Source: an uncultured cyanobacterium (lineage in GTDB: Bacteria > Cyanobacteriota > Cyanobacteriia > Cyanobacteriales > Nostocaceae). Taken from it: a stretch of 64,000 bases of DNA. The stretch lies in contig OY970166.1 of the NCBI GenBank assembly GCA_963706595.1, positions 2,976,001 to 3,040,000 of the forward strand. Direction: 5' to 3'. Each line of letters opens with the position of its first letter. The first letter of the stretch is position 1. A program made the translations under genes and the position numbers. Below the pieces are notes generated by a model that was not told where the DNA came from, searched no databases, and was given only the letters and a program-made list of their open reading frames with translations. This document shows, piece after piece, positions 52,091 to 63,308 of this stretch.

Positions 52091-54310
52091 ATGAGTAAGA
52101 TTGATATTGCAACGGATGGATATTGTATTAATAAGGTTATTGACAGACTTAAAAGCAAAATTGGAGATACAGCCGCAGGACAATTAAAACAAACTGCTGT
52201 TGAGGTAGTTCAGAATTGTGTTGATGTCTACTCTACAAGTTTTGGTTATGGTGATGTTGGTGCTATAGGTACAGGTATTGTTAGTCAGCCTCATAAGGGA
52301 GAAATAGCTGATGGTACTACCGGACTAATTTATGGCAAAGTTCAAAGCGGTAAAACCAATACTACCATTGCTACACTGGCACTTGCTCAGGCTAACCATT
52401 TCCGTTGCTTCATTGTGTTAACATCTGATAACACGTGTTTAGGCGAACAAACTGCGGCTCGTTTTGCCGATCAACTTAAAGGTGGTCCGGTTGTTTTTAA
52501 TTGGCAAAAATGGAGAAATGATCCAGAAGACTTTGCCACTAACGAACTACTTGATTATATCCAAGATACTGGTGTTGTCCTAGTATCTACAAAAAATAAA
52601 AGTCACTTAGATAATTTGTTAAAAGTTCTCAAGTCCGCTAAAGCAAGTAGTGTACCTACTTTAATATTTGATGATGAAGCTGATAATGCTAGCCCAAATA
52701 CTAACGAAGCAAAACAGGCTAAAAAAGGTAAAGACACAGTTCCAGATAGTGCAATTTTTGAAAAAATTGGTAACATTCGGAAAGAGGTAGCTAATCATAT
52801 ATATGTGCAGATTACTGCAACTCCCCAAAGCCTTCTACTACAAAATATTAATCATCCCTGTAGACCAGTTTTCTGTGCTGCTCTTCCTCAACCTGGTGAT
52901 AGTTACATTGGAGGAGATTTATTTTTTTCAGACAACAGCAAATATTGCTGCACAAAAGTTGAACTAGAAGAGTTAGATAAATTAAAAAAACAGGGAGGAA
53001 AGATTAACCCTGGTAATAATTGGGATATTCCTCCTGGATTGAGACTATCTCTATGCTGTTTCTTCTTAGGTTCAATATATAAGATAAAATCTGCAAAAAA
53101 TTCAGATGCTAAATACTCTTTTCTAGCTCATATTGATCATAAGCGCATCACTCATAGTACTTTAGAAAAAGTTATTCGTGGCTTTGTTGTAGAGCTTGAT
53201 AAGGCTCTTCGAGGAAAGCTATCTGCTACAAAGCATCAAGAAGCAATGAAATGGTTAAGTCAAGCTTACATAGAGTTAAGTGAAACAGCAAAAAATCTAC
53301 CGCCACTCAAGGATTTAGTTATAGAGTTAGAGCATGAGCTAAGAAATGCCATACCAAAAGTTATTGATGCCAGCAATCCAGATAAAGAAATAAAGTATAG
53401 CCCAGGAATGAACATTCTTATAGGAGGTAATAGGCTTGGACGTGGTGTAACTATCGAGGGATTAATGATTACTTATTACGGGCGTGATGCCAAGCAAAAG
53501 ACGATGGATACAGTTCATCAGCACGCACGAATGTTTGGTTATCGTCAGGAATTACTTGATGTGACGCGCCTTTTTTTACCTCAGCATATTTTAGAAGATT
53601 TTCGAGCGATTCATGAAGCTGATGAGGGAATGCGCCAAGCTATAGGTGATGACCCTAAAAATATTAATATTAAGCCCGTTTGGGTAGGTTCTAAGCTGAA
53701 AGCAACTCGTTCTAATGTCTTAAATCCAGCAGCAATTAATGCTTTTACACCTGGGAAAGCTATTTTTCCCCCTGATCCACTCTGGAAAGCTTCGGAAATT
53801 AAGAAGCATACAGAAGATTTAACCAAGCTTTTAGAGCCGTATAGCGATGAAGATATGCTATATGAAGTAGATATCAACTTTTTACTGAATATTCTGTCAT
53901 ATATGCCAAGTCGCCCTGCGGGTAATTATCCCTGGGAGGATAAACGAGTTCAAGAGGCACTCAAAGCAATGAAGAATACGGCTGGTATTCAGCAGGGACG
54001 GTTGAATGTTCGTCGGGGGAAAGAGACAAAAGGGCAGGGACTGAGATTAAAAAATAGACCAGCAAAAGATGGGTCAGGAACTTGGAGAGGAACTTCTGGT
54101 TTTACGAGTCCTGAATGGGTAAATAAGGCAAAACAGGAATATCCTAATCTTCCTACACTTATTGTCATTTTGGAACAAGGTAGAAAAGAAGATGGCTGGG
54201 AAGGTTTCCCGTTCTATCTTCCAACCTTAGTTCTACCTAAAAACAAATTTGTCTTCATGTTCAATTACTCAGACAATGCTGAGGATTTGGAAGATGATAT
54301 AGATTTATAG
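52091..54310 (+). CDS. SF2 helicase-like ATPase with Z1 domain
   Basis: GKVQSGKT, DDEADNAS, TATPQ, GGNRLGRGVTIEGL, DT..Q.ARMFGYR. Confidence 0.85.
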   Translation: MSKIDIATDGYCINKVIDRLKSKIGDTAAGQLKQTAVEVVQNCVDVYSTSFGYGDVGAIGTGIVSQPHKGEIADGTTGLIYGKVQSGKTNTTIATLALAQANHFRCFIVLTSDNTCLGEQTAARFADQLKGGPVVFNWQKWRNDPEDFATNELLDYIQDTGVVLVSTKNKSHLDNLLKVLKSAKASSVPTLIFDDEADNASPNTNEAKQAKKGKDTVPDSAIFEKIGNIRKEVANHIYVQITATPQSLLLQNINHPCRPVFCAALPQPGDSYIGGDLFFSDNSKYCCTKVELEELDKLKKQGGKINPGNNWDIPPGLRLSLCCFFLGSIYKIKSAKNSDAKYSFLAHIDHKRITHSTLEKVIRGFVVELDKALRGKLSATKHQEAMKWLSQAYIELSETAKNLPPLKDLVIELEHELRNAIPKVIDASNPDKEIKYSPGMNILIGGNRLGRGVTIEGLMITYYGRDAKQKTMDTVHQHARMFGYRQELLDVTRLFLPQHILEDFRAIHEADEGMRQAIGDDPKNINIKPVWVGSKLKATRSNVLNPAAINAFTPGKAIFPPDPLWKASEIKKHTEDLTKLLEPYSDEDMLYEVDINFLLNILSYMPSRPAGNYPWEDKRVQEALKAMKNTAGIQQGRLNVRRGKETKGQGLRLKNRPAKDGSGTWRGTSGFTSPEWVNKAKQEYPNLPTLIVILEQGRKEDGWEGFPFYLPTLVLPKNKFVFMFNYSDNAEDLEDDIDL

Positions 54311-54385
54311 AGTGAAAAAACAAGTATCTAATGTAGCGATCGTATCGCATCTTATGACAAAGCCCTGGCGATTAATTTTATAACA

Positions 54386-54450
54386 CATTTAGCCTGCCTA
54401 CGCAGGCTAAATGTGTGTAGCGCCAGACAGACTTCTAGTCTGAGGGTTCT
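54386..54450. repeat. Palindromic repeat, left copy flanking TA module
   Basis: tttagcctgc..gcaggct...cagacttctagtctgagggttct; second copy at 55287-55347. Confidence 0.75.
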
Positions 54451-54477
54451 GAACTACTAGAAAGGAATGCAAATTAA

Positions 54478-54801
54478 ATGCCAGAAACAATTAATATTGA
54501 ACAAGCAGTATTGAATTATTTACGCATTCTCTCTAACGAGAAGCAACAAGAAGTCCTAGACTTTGTGGAATTTCTTGCCCAAAAGACGGCAAATCATCAG
54601 CAATTAGACCGAGAAGATTCATCAAATCCTCAACAGCAAGCACGGATATCTCTTCAAGAAATTGCTCGGCTACCTGTGGCAGAACGGCACAAAATACTAG
54701 AACCTTTTATTGCCGCCACAGCCGAAGATTTTTTGAATGACCCGGAATTAACAGAGTTTGCCGTTTTGGATGGTGAAGACTGGGAAACGGAAAATGACTA
54801 A
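54478..54801 (+). CDS. DUF2281-like putative antitoxin
   Basis: LS.EKQQEVLDFVEFL; overlaps MazF start. Confidence 0.7.
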   Translation: MPETINIEQAVLNYLRILSNEKQQEVLDFVEFLAQKTANHQQLDREDSSNPQQQARISLQEIARLPVAERHKILEPFIAATAEDFLNDPELTEFAVLDGEDWETEND

Positions 54802-55159
54802 TCCTCAAAATGGTGAAATTTGGTTAGTGCAACTTGATCCAACCAAAGGACAAGAAATTCAGAAGACTCGCCCTGCTGTTGTCATTAGTTCTGATATTTT
54901 CAATTCTATACCAATGCGAATTATTATTCCTGTGGCAACATGGCAACCTAAATTCCAAAATCGCCCTTTCATGATTCCGATCCAGAAAAAAGATGAAAAT
55001 GGGTTAGACTCAGACTCAGCAGGTAATGTGTTGCAAGTTCGTAGTGTAACAACACAGAGATTTGTCAGGTGTTTAGGAAAAGTATCAACAGCCGTTAAAC
55101 AAGAATTATTAAATGGTTTAATTATCTGTATTGATTACGCTCCGGAAAGCCATGATTGA
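54794..55159 (+). CDS. mazF: PemK/MazF-family toxin
   Basis: GEIWLVQLDPTKGQEIQKTRPAVVIS, QVRSV...RF. Confidence 0.88.
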   Translation: MTNPQNGEIWLVQLDPTKGQEIQKTRPAVVISSDIFNSIPMRIIIPVATWQPKFQNRPFMIPIQKKDENGLDSDSAGNVLQVRSVTTQRFVRCLGKVSTAVKQELLNGLIICIDYAPESHD

Positions 55160-55286
55160 ACAGGAGCTTTCATGTAAAATTCTCAAAACCCTTGCGGATT
55201 GCTTCACTCCGCTACGCTCCGTATGGCTAACGCCACGCTCCGCTAACGCAATGACATACATTGCAATTTTCACGCTTACTTGCCTG

Positions 55287-55347
55287 CATTTAGCCTGCGT
55301 AGGCAGGCTTTGTCTGTGTAGCCCCAGACTTCTAGTCTGAGGGTTCT
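55287..55347. repeat. Palindromic repeat, right copy flanking TA module
   Basis: Same-orientation copy of 54386-54450. Confidence 0.75.
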
Positions 55348-55469
55348 AGAGCAAAATTCCCCAAAAATACAGAATGCTTCCTCCAAAAGAAAGAGCTTGC
55401 AGACAAAACCCTGTTGTAAAATAGACATAAGTAAGAATTCGGGGGGCCATTTACTGGTCATAAACGCCT

Positions 55470-57221
55470 ATAGAAACTATTGTTGGCAATCTCCAAGGAC
55501 TAAAAGCCAGTCAGCTGAAACAACTACAGCGACTGTACCACCAGCGCATCCCAGGCGATCGCATCACCACGCCTGATTTCTCCCAGCGTCTGGCAGCAAT
55601 TAGCACAGAAATCAATCAGCCGATATGTGCCTACCTCAACCGTCGCGGACAAGTGATGCGTGTAGGGGTAGGTACACCACGTCAAACGCAAATACCACCG
55701 CTAGAACTGCCCCGTTACGGTGCAGAACGTCTGAGCGGTATTCGTTGTATAGCTACCCATCTCAAGCCAGAACCGCCCAATGAATCGGCACTGACAGCGA
55801 TGGCGTTGCAACGCTTGGATGCTTTGGCCGTGATAAATATCACCGGCACAGGATTTACAAAGCGCGGTGGCGGTTCCACTGGGTACGTCAAAGAAACTTA
55901 TTTGGCTCACCTAGTCTCAAGTACCAAACACCTCGTATCAACTCCGCAATTGGTAATCAGCGATGAAAAGTCTCTCGCGCAAGACACAGCCCTATACTCT
56001 AGCGTATCGCCGCCTATGAGCTTAGATATGCTGTCAGAGCATGACTTTATCGAGTTGGTGGAAGGTCTGGAAGCAGAATTTCAACGGGATTTTGTCGCCC
56101 AGGAAGTAGATGCAGACCATGATCGGGTGCTACTTGTGGGACTGATTACCGATAAAACCACTCCCCAACAATTCCAGGACACCATAGTGGAATTAGCCCG
56201 GTTAGTGGATACGGCTGGCGGAGAGGTATTGCAGACAGTACAACAAAAGCGATCGCGCATTCATCCGCAGACGGTAGTTGGTGAAGGTAAAGTTGAAGAA
56301 ATCGCCTTAACCGCCCAAACTCTGGGAGCTAATCTCGTTGTCTTTGACCGCGACCTCTCACCCGCCCAAGTTCGTAACTTGGAAAGAAAAATTGGTGTCC
56401 GGGTAGTTGACCGCACCGAAGTTATTTTAGATATCTTTGCCCAACGCGCTCAGTCCCGTGCTGGTAAATTACAAGTAGAACTTGCACAGTTAGGATATAT
56501 GATGCCGCGACTCAGTGGCAGAGGTCTAGCTATGTCCCGGTTAGGTGGTGGGATTGGGACACGTGGACCTGGTGAAACGAAACTGGAAACAGAACGCCGG
56601 GCGATTCAAAAACGGATTTCCCGACTGCAACAAGAAGTCAACCAGTTACAGGCGCATCGTTCGCGGTTACGCCTGAGACGGCAAAATCAGGAAGTTCCCT
56701 CTGTGGCTTTGGTTGGCTATACCAACGCTGGTAAATCCACTTTGTTGAATGCTCTCACCAATGCGGAAGTTTACACAGCCGACCAGTTATTTGCAACTCT
56801 TGACCCCACCACCCGCCGTTTAGTAATTGCTGAGGGTGACACTGGTGCAACTCAAGAGATTTTACTTACCGATACAGTAGGTTTTATACACGAACTTCCT
56901 GCTTCCTTAATGGACGCTTTTCGCGCCACCTTAGAGGAAGTCACAGAAGCCGATGCTTTACTGCATTTAGTTGATTTATCTCATCCGGCTTGGTTGAGCC
57001 ATATTCGCTCAGTCAGGGAAATTTTGGCACAAATGCCCGTAACTCCCGGACCAGCACTGGTGATTTTCAACAAGATTGACCAAGTAGATAGTGCGACACT
57101 GGCGATCGCTCAAGAAGAGTTTCCCTTGGCTGTGTTCATTTCCGCCAGTCAACGATTAGGATTAGAAACCTTACGCCAACGTCTGACTCAACTGATTCAA
57201 TATGTGGTTGACGCTCGGTGA
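55470..57221 (+). CDS. hflX: GTPase HflX, apparently initiated at ATA
   Basis: GYTNAGKST, LFATLDPT, DTVGF, NKID; conserved N-terminus (I)ETIVGNLQGLK lies 61 codons upstream of the tracked ORF. Confidence 0.9.
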   Translation: METIVGNLQGLKASQLKQLQRLYHQRIPGDRITTPDFSQRLAAISTEINQPICAYLNRRGQVMRVGVGTPRQTQIPPLELPRYGAERLSGIRCIATHLKPEPPNESALTAMALQRLDALAVINITGTGFTKRGGGSTGYVKETYLAHLVSSTKHLVSTPQLVISDEKSLAQDTALYSSVSPPMSLDMLSEHDFIELVEGLEAEFQRDFVAQEVDADHDRVLLVGLITDKTTPQQFQDTIVELARLVDTAGGEVLQTVQQKRSRIHPQTVVGEGKVEEIALTAQTLGANLVVFDRDLSPAQVRNLERKIGVRVVDRTEVILDIFAQRAQSRAGKLQVELAQLGYMMPRLSGRGLAMSRLGGGIGTRGPGETKLETERRAIQKRISRLQQEVNQLQAHRSRLRLRRQNQEVPSVALVGYTNAGKSTLLNALTNAEVYTADQLFATLDPTTRRLVIAEGDTGATQEILLTDTVGFIHELPASLMDAFRATLEEVTEADALLHLVDLSHPAWLSHIRSVREILAQMPVTPGPALVIFNKIDQVDSATLAIAQEEFPLAVFISASQRLGLETLRQRLTQLIQYVVDAR

Positions 57222-57265
57222 TTTTGTTCTAGTTCATCCCAAATATAGTACATTTATACTGAATT

Positions 57266-57293
57266 AAAGTCCCTTTAACCGGGCTTTTTTTTT
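57266..57293 (+). terminator. Intrinsic terminator after hflX
   Basis: AAAGTCC...GGGCTTT stem followed by a long T tract. Confidence 0.6.
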
Positions 57294-57677
57294 GAGCAAA
57301 TGATATCTATTTGCATTTGACTTTCCTCTACTCCTGACACATCAATAATTTTTTTATAGGTAAACATAAGCTCAAAAAGCTTGCTAAAGCTACTTTTTTA
57401 CTTCACAATACTAAATTAGTATAATCACCAGATAGTAGCGTCTGAATATATTACCAAGCTTTAGCGTGAGATTTTAATAAAAACTATTTCTATTAAAAAC
57501 TGAACAGCACTTTTTTTATAAGCTTGATCGCTGACTAGCAAGTGGTAAAGATTACATGAGTCATTAATAAAGATTGCATGAATTATCAATCAGATATATT
57601 GACTTGTATCATTTTTTGTAGGATCTTATAATGAAGGTGTATAACAAGTTACTAAAAATCAGGGTAACAAAACAACA

Positions 57678-58349
57678 ATGCTCAACAAAATTTCTACTTT
57701 ATTAGCTTCTGCGGCGATCGCTACTGGTACTGTTGCTACACTAGCTGCTGCACCCGCTTATGCGAATACTGGCATTTGCGCCCTATCAAATGTCCAATAT
57801 AATTCTGGTGGTGGATTGGTTAACGCAACCAAATGCGTAGGTGAGTTGGAAACTAATAGCACACAGTGGAATTTTAATAACGATGTTACAGGAACTGGCG
57901 ACCCATTACTGAGTCGATTGAATACTTTGTTTAATCTGTCCCCAGCAGAGTACACATGGTCTTTTGTTGGTAAAGATGAGTCAACTGGGGCGAATAGTCC
58001 AACAAATGGTTTTAATGGTAGGGAGAATGCTAAGTCAGGAAGCTGGAGTGTTGCAAACGCTATAACTGGCCCATTTGCGATTAGTTTGAAAGCAAGTACA
58101 GGATTCGCTGTGTATCTGTTTGAGAACTTCAACGATTCAGTAACAAGCGGATTTTGGAATACTCAGGCTCTACGTAACAATGGTGGGAACCAACCTAATC
58201 TGTCTCATATCTCCTTATTCAAGGCGACTTATGTTCCTCCCGAACCTCCTACTCCCAGACCCGTCCCCGAACCTGCGACAGTCCTGGCTCTAGGTCTACT
58301 AGCTAGTGGTATGGTAATGTCCCGTCGTCGTCGCACCATTCCTAACTAA
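57678..58349 (+). CDS. PEP-CTERM sorting-domain secreted protein
   Basis: Signal peptide; VPEPATVLALGLL...SRRRR. Confidence 0.9.
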   Translation: MLNKISTLLASAAIATGTVATLAAAPAYANTGICALSNVQYNSGGGLVNATKCVGELETNSTQWNFNNDVTGTGDPLLSRLNTLFNLSPAEYTWSFVGKDESTGANSPTNGFNGRENAKSGSWSVANAITGPFAISLKASTGFAVYLFENFNDSVTSGFWNTQALRNNGGNQPNLSHISLFKATYVPPEPPTPRPVPEPATVLALGLLASGMVMSRRRRTIPN

Positions 58350-58593
58350 TACTCCGCAACTGTCATCCTACCCATATCATAATTGGCAGCGCTAGAACTA
58401 ACGCTGCTAAAGATTTTTTTGTGGGTATTTTGTTGATGGAGTTTCATACATATTTAAATCAATCAACAGAAAGCGGTGCTAGTGTCGTCAAGTCGTATCT
58501 GATGAACAGGTTCCGTTTTTTATTGCTCATAAAGCGGTTATAGCCAGGACAAAGTTCTAAAATTGAGGAGTATTCAATCTAATTAAAGACTTT

Positions 58594-58860
58594 ATGGCTG
58601 CCAACGTTGAAGTTTACACTTGGAGTACTTGCCCATTTTGCATCCGTGCTAAAAGTTTATTGAAGAAAAAAGGCGTTAATTTTACTGAATATTGTATTGA
58701 TGGAGATGAAGCAGAACGGGCTAAAATGGCCGAAAGAGCTAACGGTAGACGCTCACTACCGCAAATTTTTATTAATGATTACCATGTTGGTGGTTGTGAT
58801 GACATCCACGCGTTAGAAAGTCAAGGTAAGCTGGATGAGTTACTAGCTGCTGGTGCGTAA
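58594..58860 (+). CDS. grxC: Glutaredoxin 3
   Basis: CPFC, SLPQIFI, GGCDD. Confidence 0.93.
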   Translation: MAANVEVYTWSTCPFCIRAKSLLKKKGVNFTEYCIDGDEAERAKMAERANGRRSLPQIFINDYHVGGCDDIHALESQGKLDELLAAGA

Positions 58861-58955
58861 CTGAAAATGGAATTGTTTCCACAGCCGCAATTGTGAATTA
58901 GTCCAATCATCAGGGGATAATCTAAGAAGAAATTCCCGGTGATTGAGGCAACAAC

Positions 58956-59924
58956 GTGAAACTGGCTTTTATTATTGATCCCATCCATCAACTTGACCCG
59001 TGTCATGATACCAGTGTTGCTCTGATGGAAGCAGCACAAATCTTAGGACATGAAATTTGGGTAACTCAGGCGAATCTGCTCAGTGTAGTAGATAGCAAAG
59101 CCTGGGCTATTTTACAGCAGGTTGAATTAGTTCCAGTGCAGTTAGTGGAGGGACGCTGGATTGCGGCAAATCCTTGGTATAAATTGAGCGCTCCCAGCTT
59201 TACCTCCCTAGAAGCAATGGACGCTGTGTTCATGCGGACAGATCCCCCAGTCAATGATTCTTATCTCTACGCAACTTACGTTTTAGACTACATTGACCAA
59301 AATAAAACTTTATTAGTTAATAGTCCTAGTGGTATCCGGGGAGCAAATGAAAAAATGTATGCCCTCCAATTTATCAATGCAATTCCAGAAACTATTGTCA
59401 GTGCAGACAAGCATTTAATTAGGCAATTTCTCGAAGCCAAGGGTGCAGCAATTATCAAGCCACTGGGTAACAAAGCTGGGGAGGGGATTCTATTTTTAGA
59501 ACCAAGCGATCGCAATTTCAACTCCATTGTTGAACTTAGTACACTGCGCGGTCGATTACCAGTGATGGTACAAACTTATTTACCAAAAGCTAAAGAAGGA
59601 GACAAGCGAATTATCCTGCTCAATGGTGAACCCATTGGGGCGCTGAATCGCCTTTCTAGCGGCAGTGATTTTCGGAATAATATGGCCGCTGGTGGGACTG
59701 TGGCTCCCACTACAATCACCCCCAGAGAGTATGAAATCTGTAATGAATTAGCCGAGACTTTACGTCAAGATGGCTTAATTTTTGTGGGGATTGATGTCAT
59801 CGGCGGTTATCTGACTGAAGTCAACGTCACCAGTCCGACCGGTCTTCGGGAAATTGACCGACTAGATGGGACTCATCTAGGCGAGCAGGTGATTTTATGG
59901 CTTTCGCAAACGTTAAAAAAATAA
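58956..59924 (+). CDS. gshB: Glutathione synthetase
   Basis: MRTDPP, ANEK, GDKRI, TEVNVTSPTG. Confidence 0.95.
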   Translation: MKLAFIIDPIHQLDPCHDTSVALMEAAQILGHEIWVTQANLLSVVDSKAWAILQQVELVPVQLVEGRWIAANPWYKLSAPSFTSLEAMDAVFMRTDPPVNDSYLYATYVLDYIDQNKTLLVNSPSGIRGANEKMYALQFINAIPETIVSADKHLIRQFLEAKGAAIIKPLGNKAGEGILFLEPSDRNFNSIVELSTLRGRLPVMVQTYLPKAKEGDKRIILLNGEPIGALNRLSSGSDFRNNMAAGGTVAPTTITPREYEICNELAETLRQDGLIFVGIDVIGGYLTEVNVTSPTGLREIDRLDGTHLGEQVILWLSQTLKK

Positions 59925-60299
59925 ATAATTGCCTAAGTTTAGTTGATACCCCGGTTTTTTCCCGTCTGTTTTGGTTATTTACTAGGATCAAAAAATGAGC
60001 GATCGCCTCAGTGGGGGGCTTTCCTCCGGAACGCTGCGCGAACGCCCATCGCATCCTTCCGGCTCGGATTTTCACTTTTATTGCCAAAGCAAAATTAGAC
60101 ATCTGAATTTGTGGACTCCTGTCTAAGTTAATTTGATTTGTGGATGGCGTTCACAAGTTGGATCACCAATTTACTGCTTTGGCAATAGCAACCATATCAC
60201 TTTCCCTCACATAGTGACACTCTAAACCACTAGATTTTGTCCAGCGTTCAGCCAAATCTGAAACTGCAAATTTTATTGACAACTTAAATCCCCAATCAA

Positions 60300-61586
60300 T
60301 TAATTCCTTGGTGTCCGCCGATTGCGGAGAAAGTCTGGAATATCCAAGCCCGTTTTTTCTTTAGTAGGTTCCACAACTGGTGTGGGAGGATTAACTGGTG
60401 GTGGCTGTGGCGTTGACCGTTTGGAATTAGGTGCTACCCTGACATTAGCCACATTTTGGTTTGGTGGTACTTGGATTTCACCAGTAAACCCAGTTGCAAT
60501 TACAGTAATTCTCACCTCACCTTGGAGCCTGTCATCAATCACCGCCCCAAAAATAATATTGGCATTGGGATCAACTACTTCATATATCGCTTCGGCGGCA
60601 GCATTCACTTCATGTAAGGTGAGGTCACTGCCACCAGTAATATTAAATACAACTCCTCTGGCTCCTTCAATAGAACATTCTAATAAAGGCGAAGAAATAG
60701 CCGCGATCGCTGCTTCTCTAGCTCTTGATTTTCCAGAACTGACTCCTATCCCCATTAATGCTGATCCAGCATCCGCCATCACGGCTCTGACATCCGCAAA
60801 GTCAACGTTTACCAAGCCGGGGATAGTAATAATATCAGAAATACCTTGTACACCTTGACGCAACACATCATCTGCATAGCGAAAAGCTTCTTGTACAGGG
60901 GTTTGCTCTGGTATGACCTCCAGCAACTTATTGTTAGGGATAATAATCAGTGTATCTACTCTACTTTTTAACCCTTCAATACCTTGTTCAGCTTGACTGG
61001 TGCGGCGGCGACCTTCAAAAACAAATGGACGTGTAACAACACCCACAGTCAGAGCGCCCATTTCCTTGGCTACCTCTGCCACAATCGGGGCTGCACCTGT
61101 TCCAGTACCGCCTCCCATACCAGCAGTAATAAACACTAAATCAGCACCTTCTAAAGCCGTAGCAATTTCATCTCGTGACTCTTCAGCTGCCTTTTGACCA
61201 ATAGCCGGATTACCACCTGCACCTAAACCTCGTGTGAGTTTCTGTCCAATTTGTAATCGACTCGGCGCACCTGCCAAAGTCAAAGCTTGAGCATCAGTGT
61301 TAATTGACCAAAACTCTACTCCGGAAACATCAGATTCAATCATGCGGTTAACCGCATTTCCACCCCCACCACCAACACCAATTACTTTGATGTTGGCTAC
61401 CCGACCGGGAACAATCTCGCCAATCCGACTATTTTCCGTAGACATCTTTTTACTGTCGTGGTTTTGTCCAAAGTTCAGCCCAGAGTTGTTAAAGGGATTG
61501 GTTGAGTTAACTGCTAACGGAAACCCGTGCTGTCCCACAGATTGGGAGTTTTTATAGGTAAGCTCTTGGTTATTATCAAGTGTCAT
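60300..61586 (-). CDS. ftsZ: Cell division protein FtsZ
   Basis: [29 protein letters not shown]. Confidence 0.98.
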   Translation of the reverse strand: MTLDNNQELTYKNSQSVGQHGFPLAVNSTNPFNNSGLNFGQNHDSKKMSTENSRIGEIVPGRVANIKVIGVGGGGGNAVNRMIESDVSGVEFWSINTDAQALTLAGAPSRLQIGQKLTRGLGAGGNPAIGQKAAEESRDEIATALEGADLVFITAGMGGGTGTGAAPIVAEVAKEMGALTVGVVTRPFVFEGRRRTSQAEQGIEGLKSRVDTLIIIPNNKLLEVIPEQTPVQEAFRYADDVLRQGVQGISDIITIPGLVNVDFADVRAVMADAGSALMGIGVSSGKSRAREAAIAAISSPLLECSIEGARGVVFNITGGSDLTLHEVNAAAEAIYEVVDPNANIIFGAVIDDRLQGEVRITVIATGFTGEIQVPPNQNVANVRVAPNSKRSTPQPPPVNPPTPVVEPTKEKTGLDIPDFLRNRRTPRN

Positions 61587-61979
61587 GGGATTTGTGAAAG
61601 GTAGATAAACGACTTTTTCAGGTATTATTCACCAGAACCTTCGCATCAAGGAAGCCTCTGGCTTGATTTAGACATGAGGTTTCTGATCTTAGAGTCAACT
61701 ATAGTTTGACACTGCAAAAATTTATGGCACTGTTCCTTATTGTGATCATGACTCCCAACCGTAACCAGATTCTTAGTGCGAAAGTTTGCTAGGGGAGCAG
61801 CTTAGTCGCGCCGCGCCGGAGACAATAGCACAGCTAATTCTAGAGAAGTATACTGAGATTTACTTAAAATTTATCTGTATAACTTCAAGGAAATATTAAT
61901 ATTTTCACTACTACGTTGCCGACTTAGTACATAATAACCTCCACTATTTTTTGTTAATGCTTTAGATTAGCAGATGTTT

Positions 61980-62801
61980 CTAGGGTGTTTGGGGATTAAG
62001 TTTTGGGGTTGTTTGGTTCGTATGTACTAATGGGGATGCTGGATTTTTCAAATCAATGTAGTTTATTTGACTAAAATCAATTTTTGCAGATAACGCTCGC
62101 ATTTGGGCGAGGACTTTGATTTGTTCGCTTAACTGAGGACTAATAGCACCAAGATGTACATTTCCTAGTTCTGTTTTTAAAATGAGATTTGTGGGATTTT
62201 GCCAATCTATTTCCCTTATTTTCACAGAACTTTGACTTAGGGAAGAATAAACTTGACTCCAATAGGAGCGATATTGTTCTGGTGTGCCAACAACTTTGAG
62301 AGTTGGCAGTTTGATGCTGGGATTGACTAATCTGTATTTTTCTACGGGGATCAAAACGCCACTAGCATCTAATAAGCCCGCAGGTGAACTTTTTTTGGGC
62401 ATCTGAGCGATGGCTACAGGTATTCTTTCCTGAATTTCGATGTTTAATCCAGGAGGAAAAAGGCGGCGATTGACAGTTGCTTGGGCAATAGTAGGTTGTT
62501 GCTTCAAAGAGTCGGCGATCGCATTCGGTTGGATTCGCCATAAAGACTGAGGATAGGATATCACCAGTAATGACTGAATTGCTGCTGCCGATAGTAATTG
62601 ATCACCTGATTTGATCACAATTTGCTTGGGAGCATTTAGCACCCATATTGGTTGGAGTGCCACCCAGACCAAACCACCAGCTATGCCACTAGTGGCCAGA
62701 GTTCGCCAAATCGCCTGAATGATGGTTATCTGGCGCTGCCGACGGATTTTTTGACGGCGCTGGACTAAATCCTTTTGGGAAACTGATACTATGCCAGCCA
62801 T
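61980..62801 (-). CDS. ftsQ: Cell division protein FtsQ
   Basis: Basic N-terminus, TM, POTRA-like RRLFPP...ER.P, YIDL; upstream of ftsZ. Confidence 0.9.
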   Translation of the reverse strand: MAGIVSVSQKDLVQRRQKIRRQRQITIIQAIWRTLATSGIAGGLVWVALQPIWVLNAPKQIVIKSGDQLLSAAAIQSLLVISYPQSLWRIQPNAIADSLKQQPTIAQATVNRRLFPPGLNIEIQERIPVAIAQMPKKSSPAGLLDASGVLIPVEKYRLVNPSIKLPTLKVVGTPEQYRSYWSQVYSSLSQSSVKIREIDWQNPTNLILKTELGNVHLGAISPQLSEQIKVLAQMRALSAKIDFSQINYIDLKNPASPLVHTNQTTPKLNPQTP

Positions 62802-63308
62802 TCAAACCTCTTTGTGGTTGCAGTTAAACAATTTTAGATTTTGGTTCGACCCACAGATAAATCCAGGGGCTTGTACTATTAAGGAACTATTGGTCAAATT
62901 ATTTACTCGGCTCGGTTTATAGATATTGGTTAGTTAACCTATCAGTATCTATTAATTTTTCTCCTCAAGATTTTTTCACATAAACTAGACCAGTATTTAA
63001 GTACTATAATGACTAGTATCTTTTCTATTCGAGTTTGCAGTGTTAAGTTTAAACCGAACGTAACCTTTTTGGCAGGTGGTAGCTATTACTAGCTGGTAAA
63101 AACTTCACAAAAAAAAGTACCGACTAACATAACACAATATGTAATATTAGTAATCCCGTTGACAGTAATGATATTCGGGAGAGACAAATTATGAGTTAAT
63201 TAGGCGCTGGCATGACTGGCGAGAAATTTTTTGTAGATCAGAAATTTTTAACCGAGAGCGTACATATCTGAATTTCCGACCATAGTTGTGAGCTTTTACC
63301 GAAAATAA

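Noticed and set aside
60322..61557. Plus-strand ORFs antisense to ftsZ, and similar shadow ORFs over other genes
   Set aside because: Fully overlap well-supported genes and show no protein motifs
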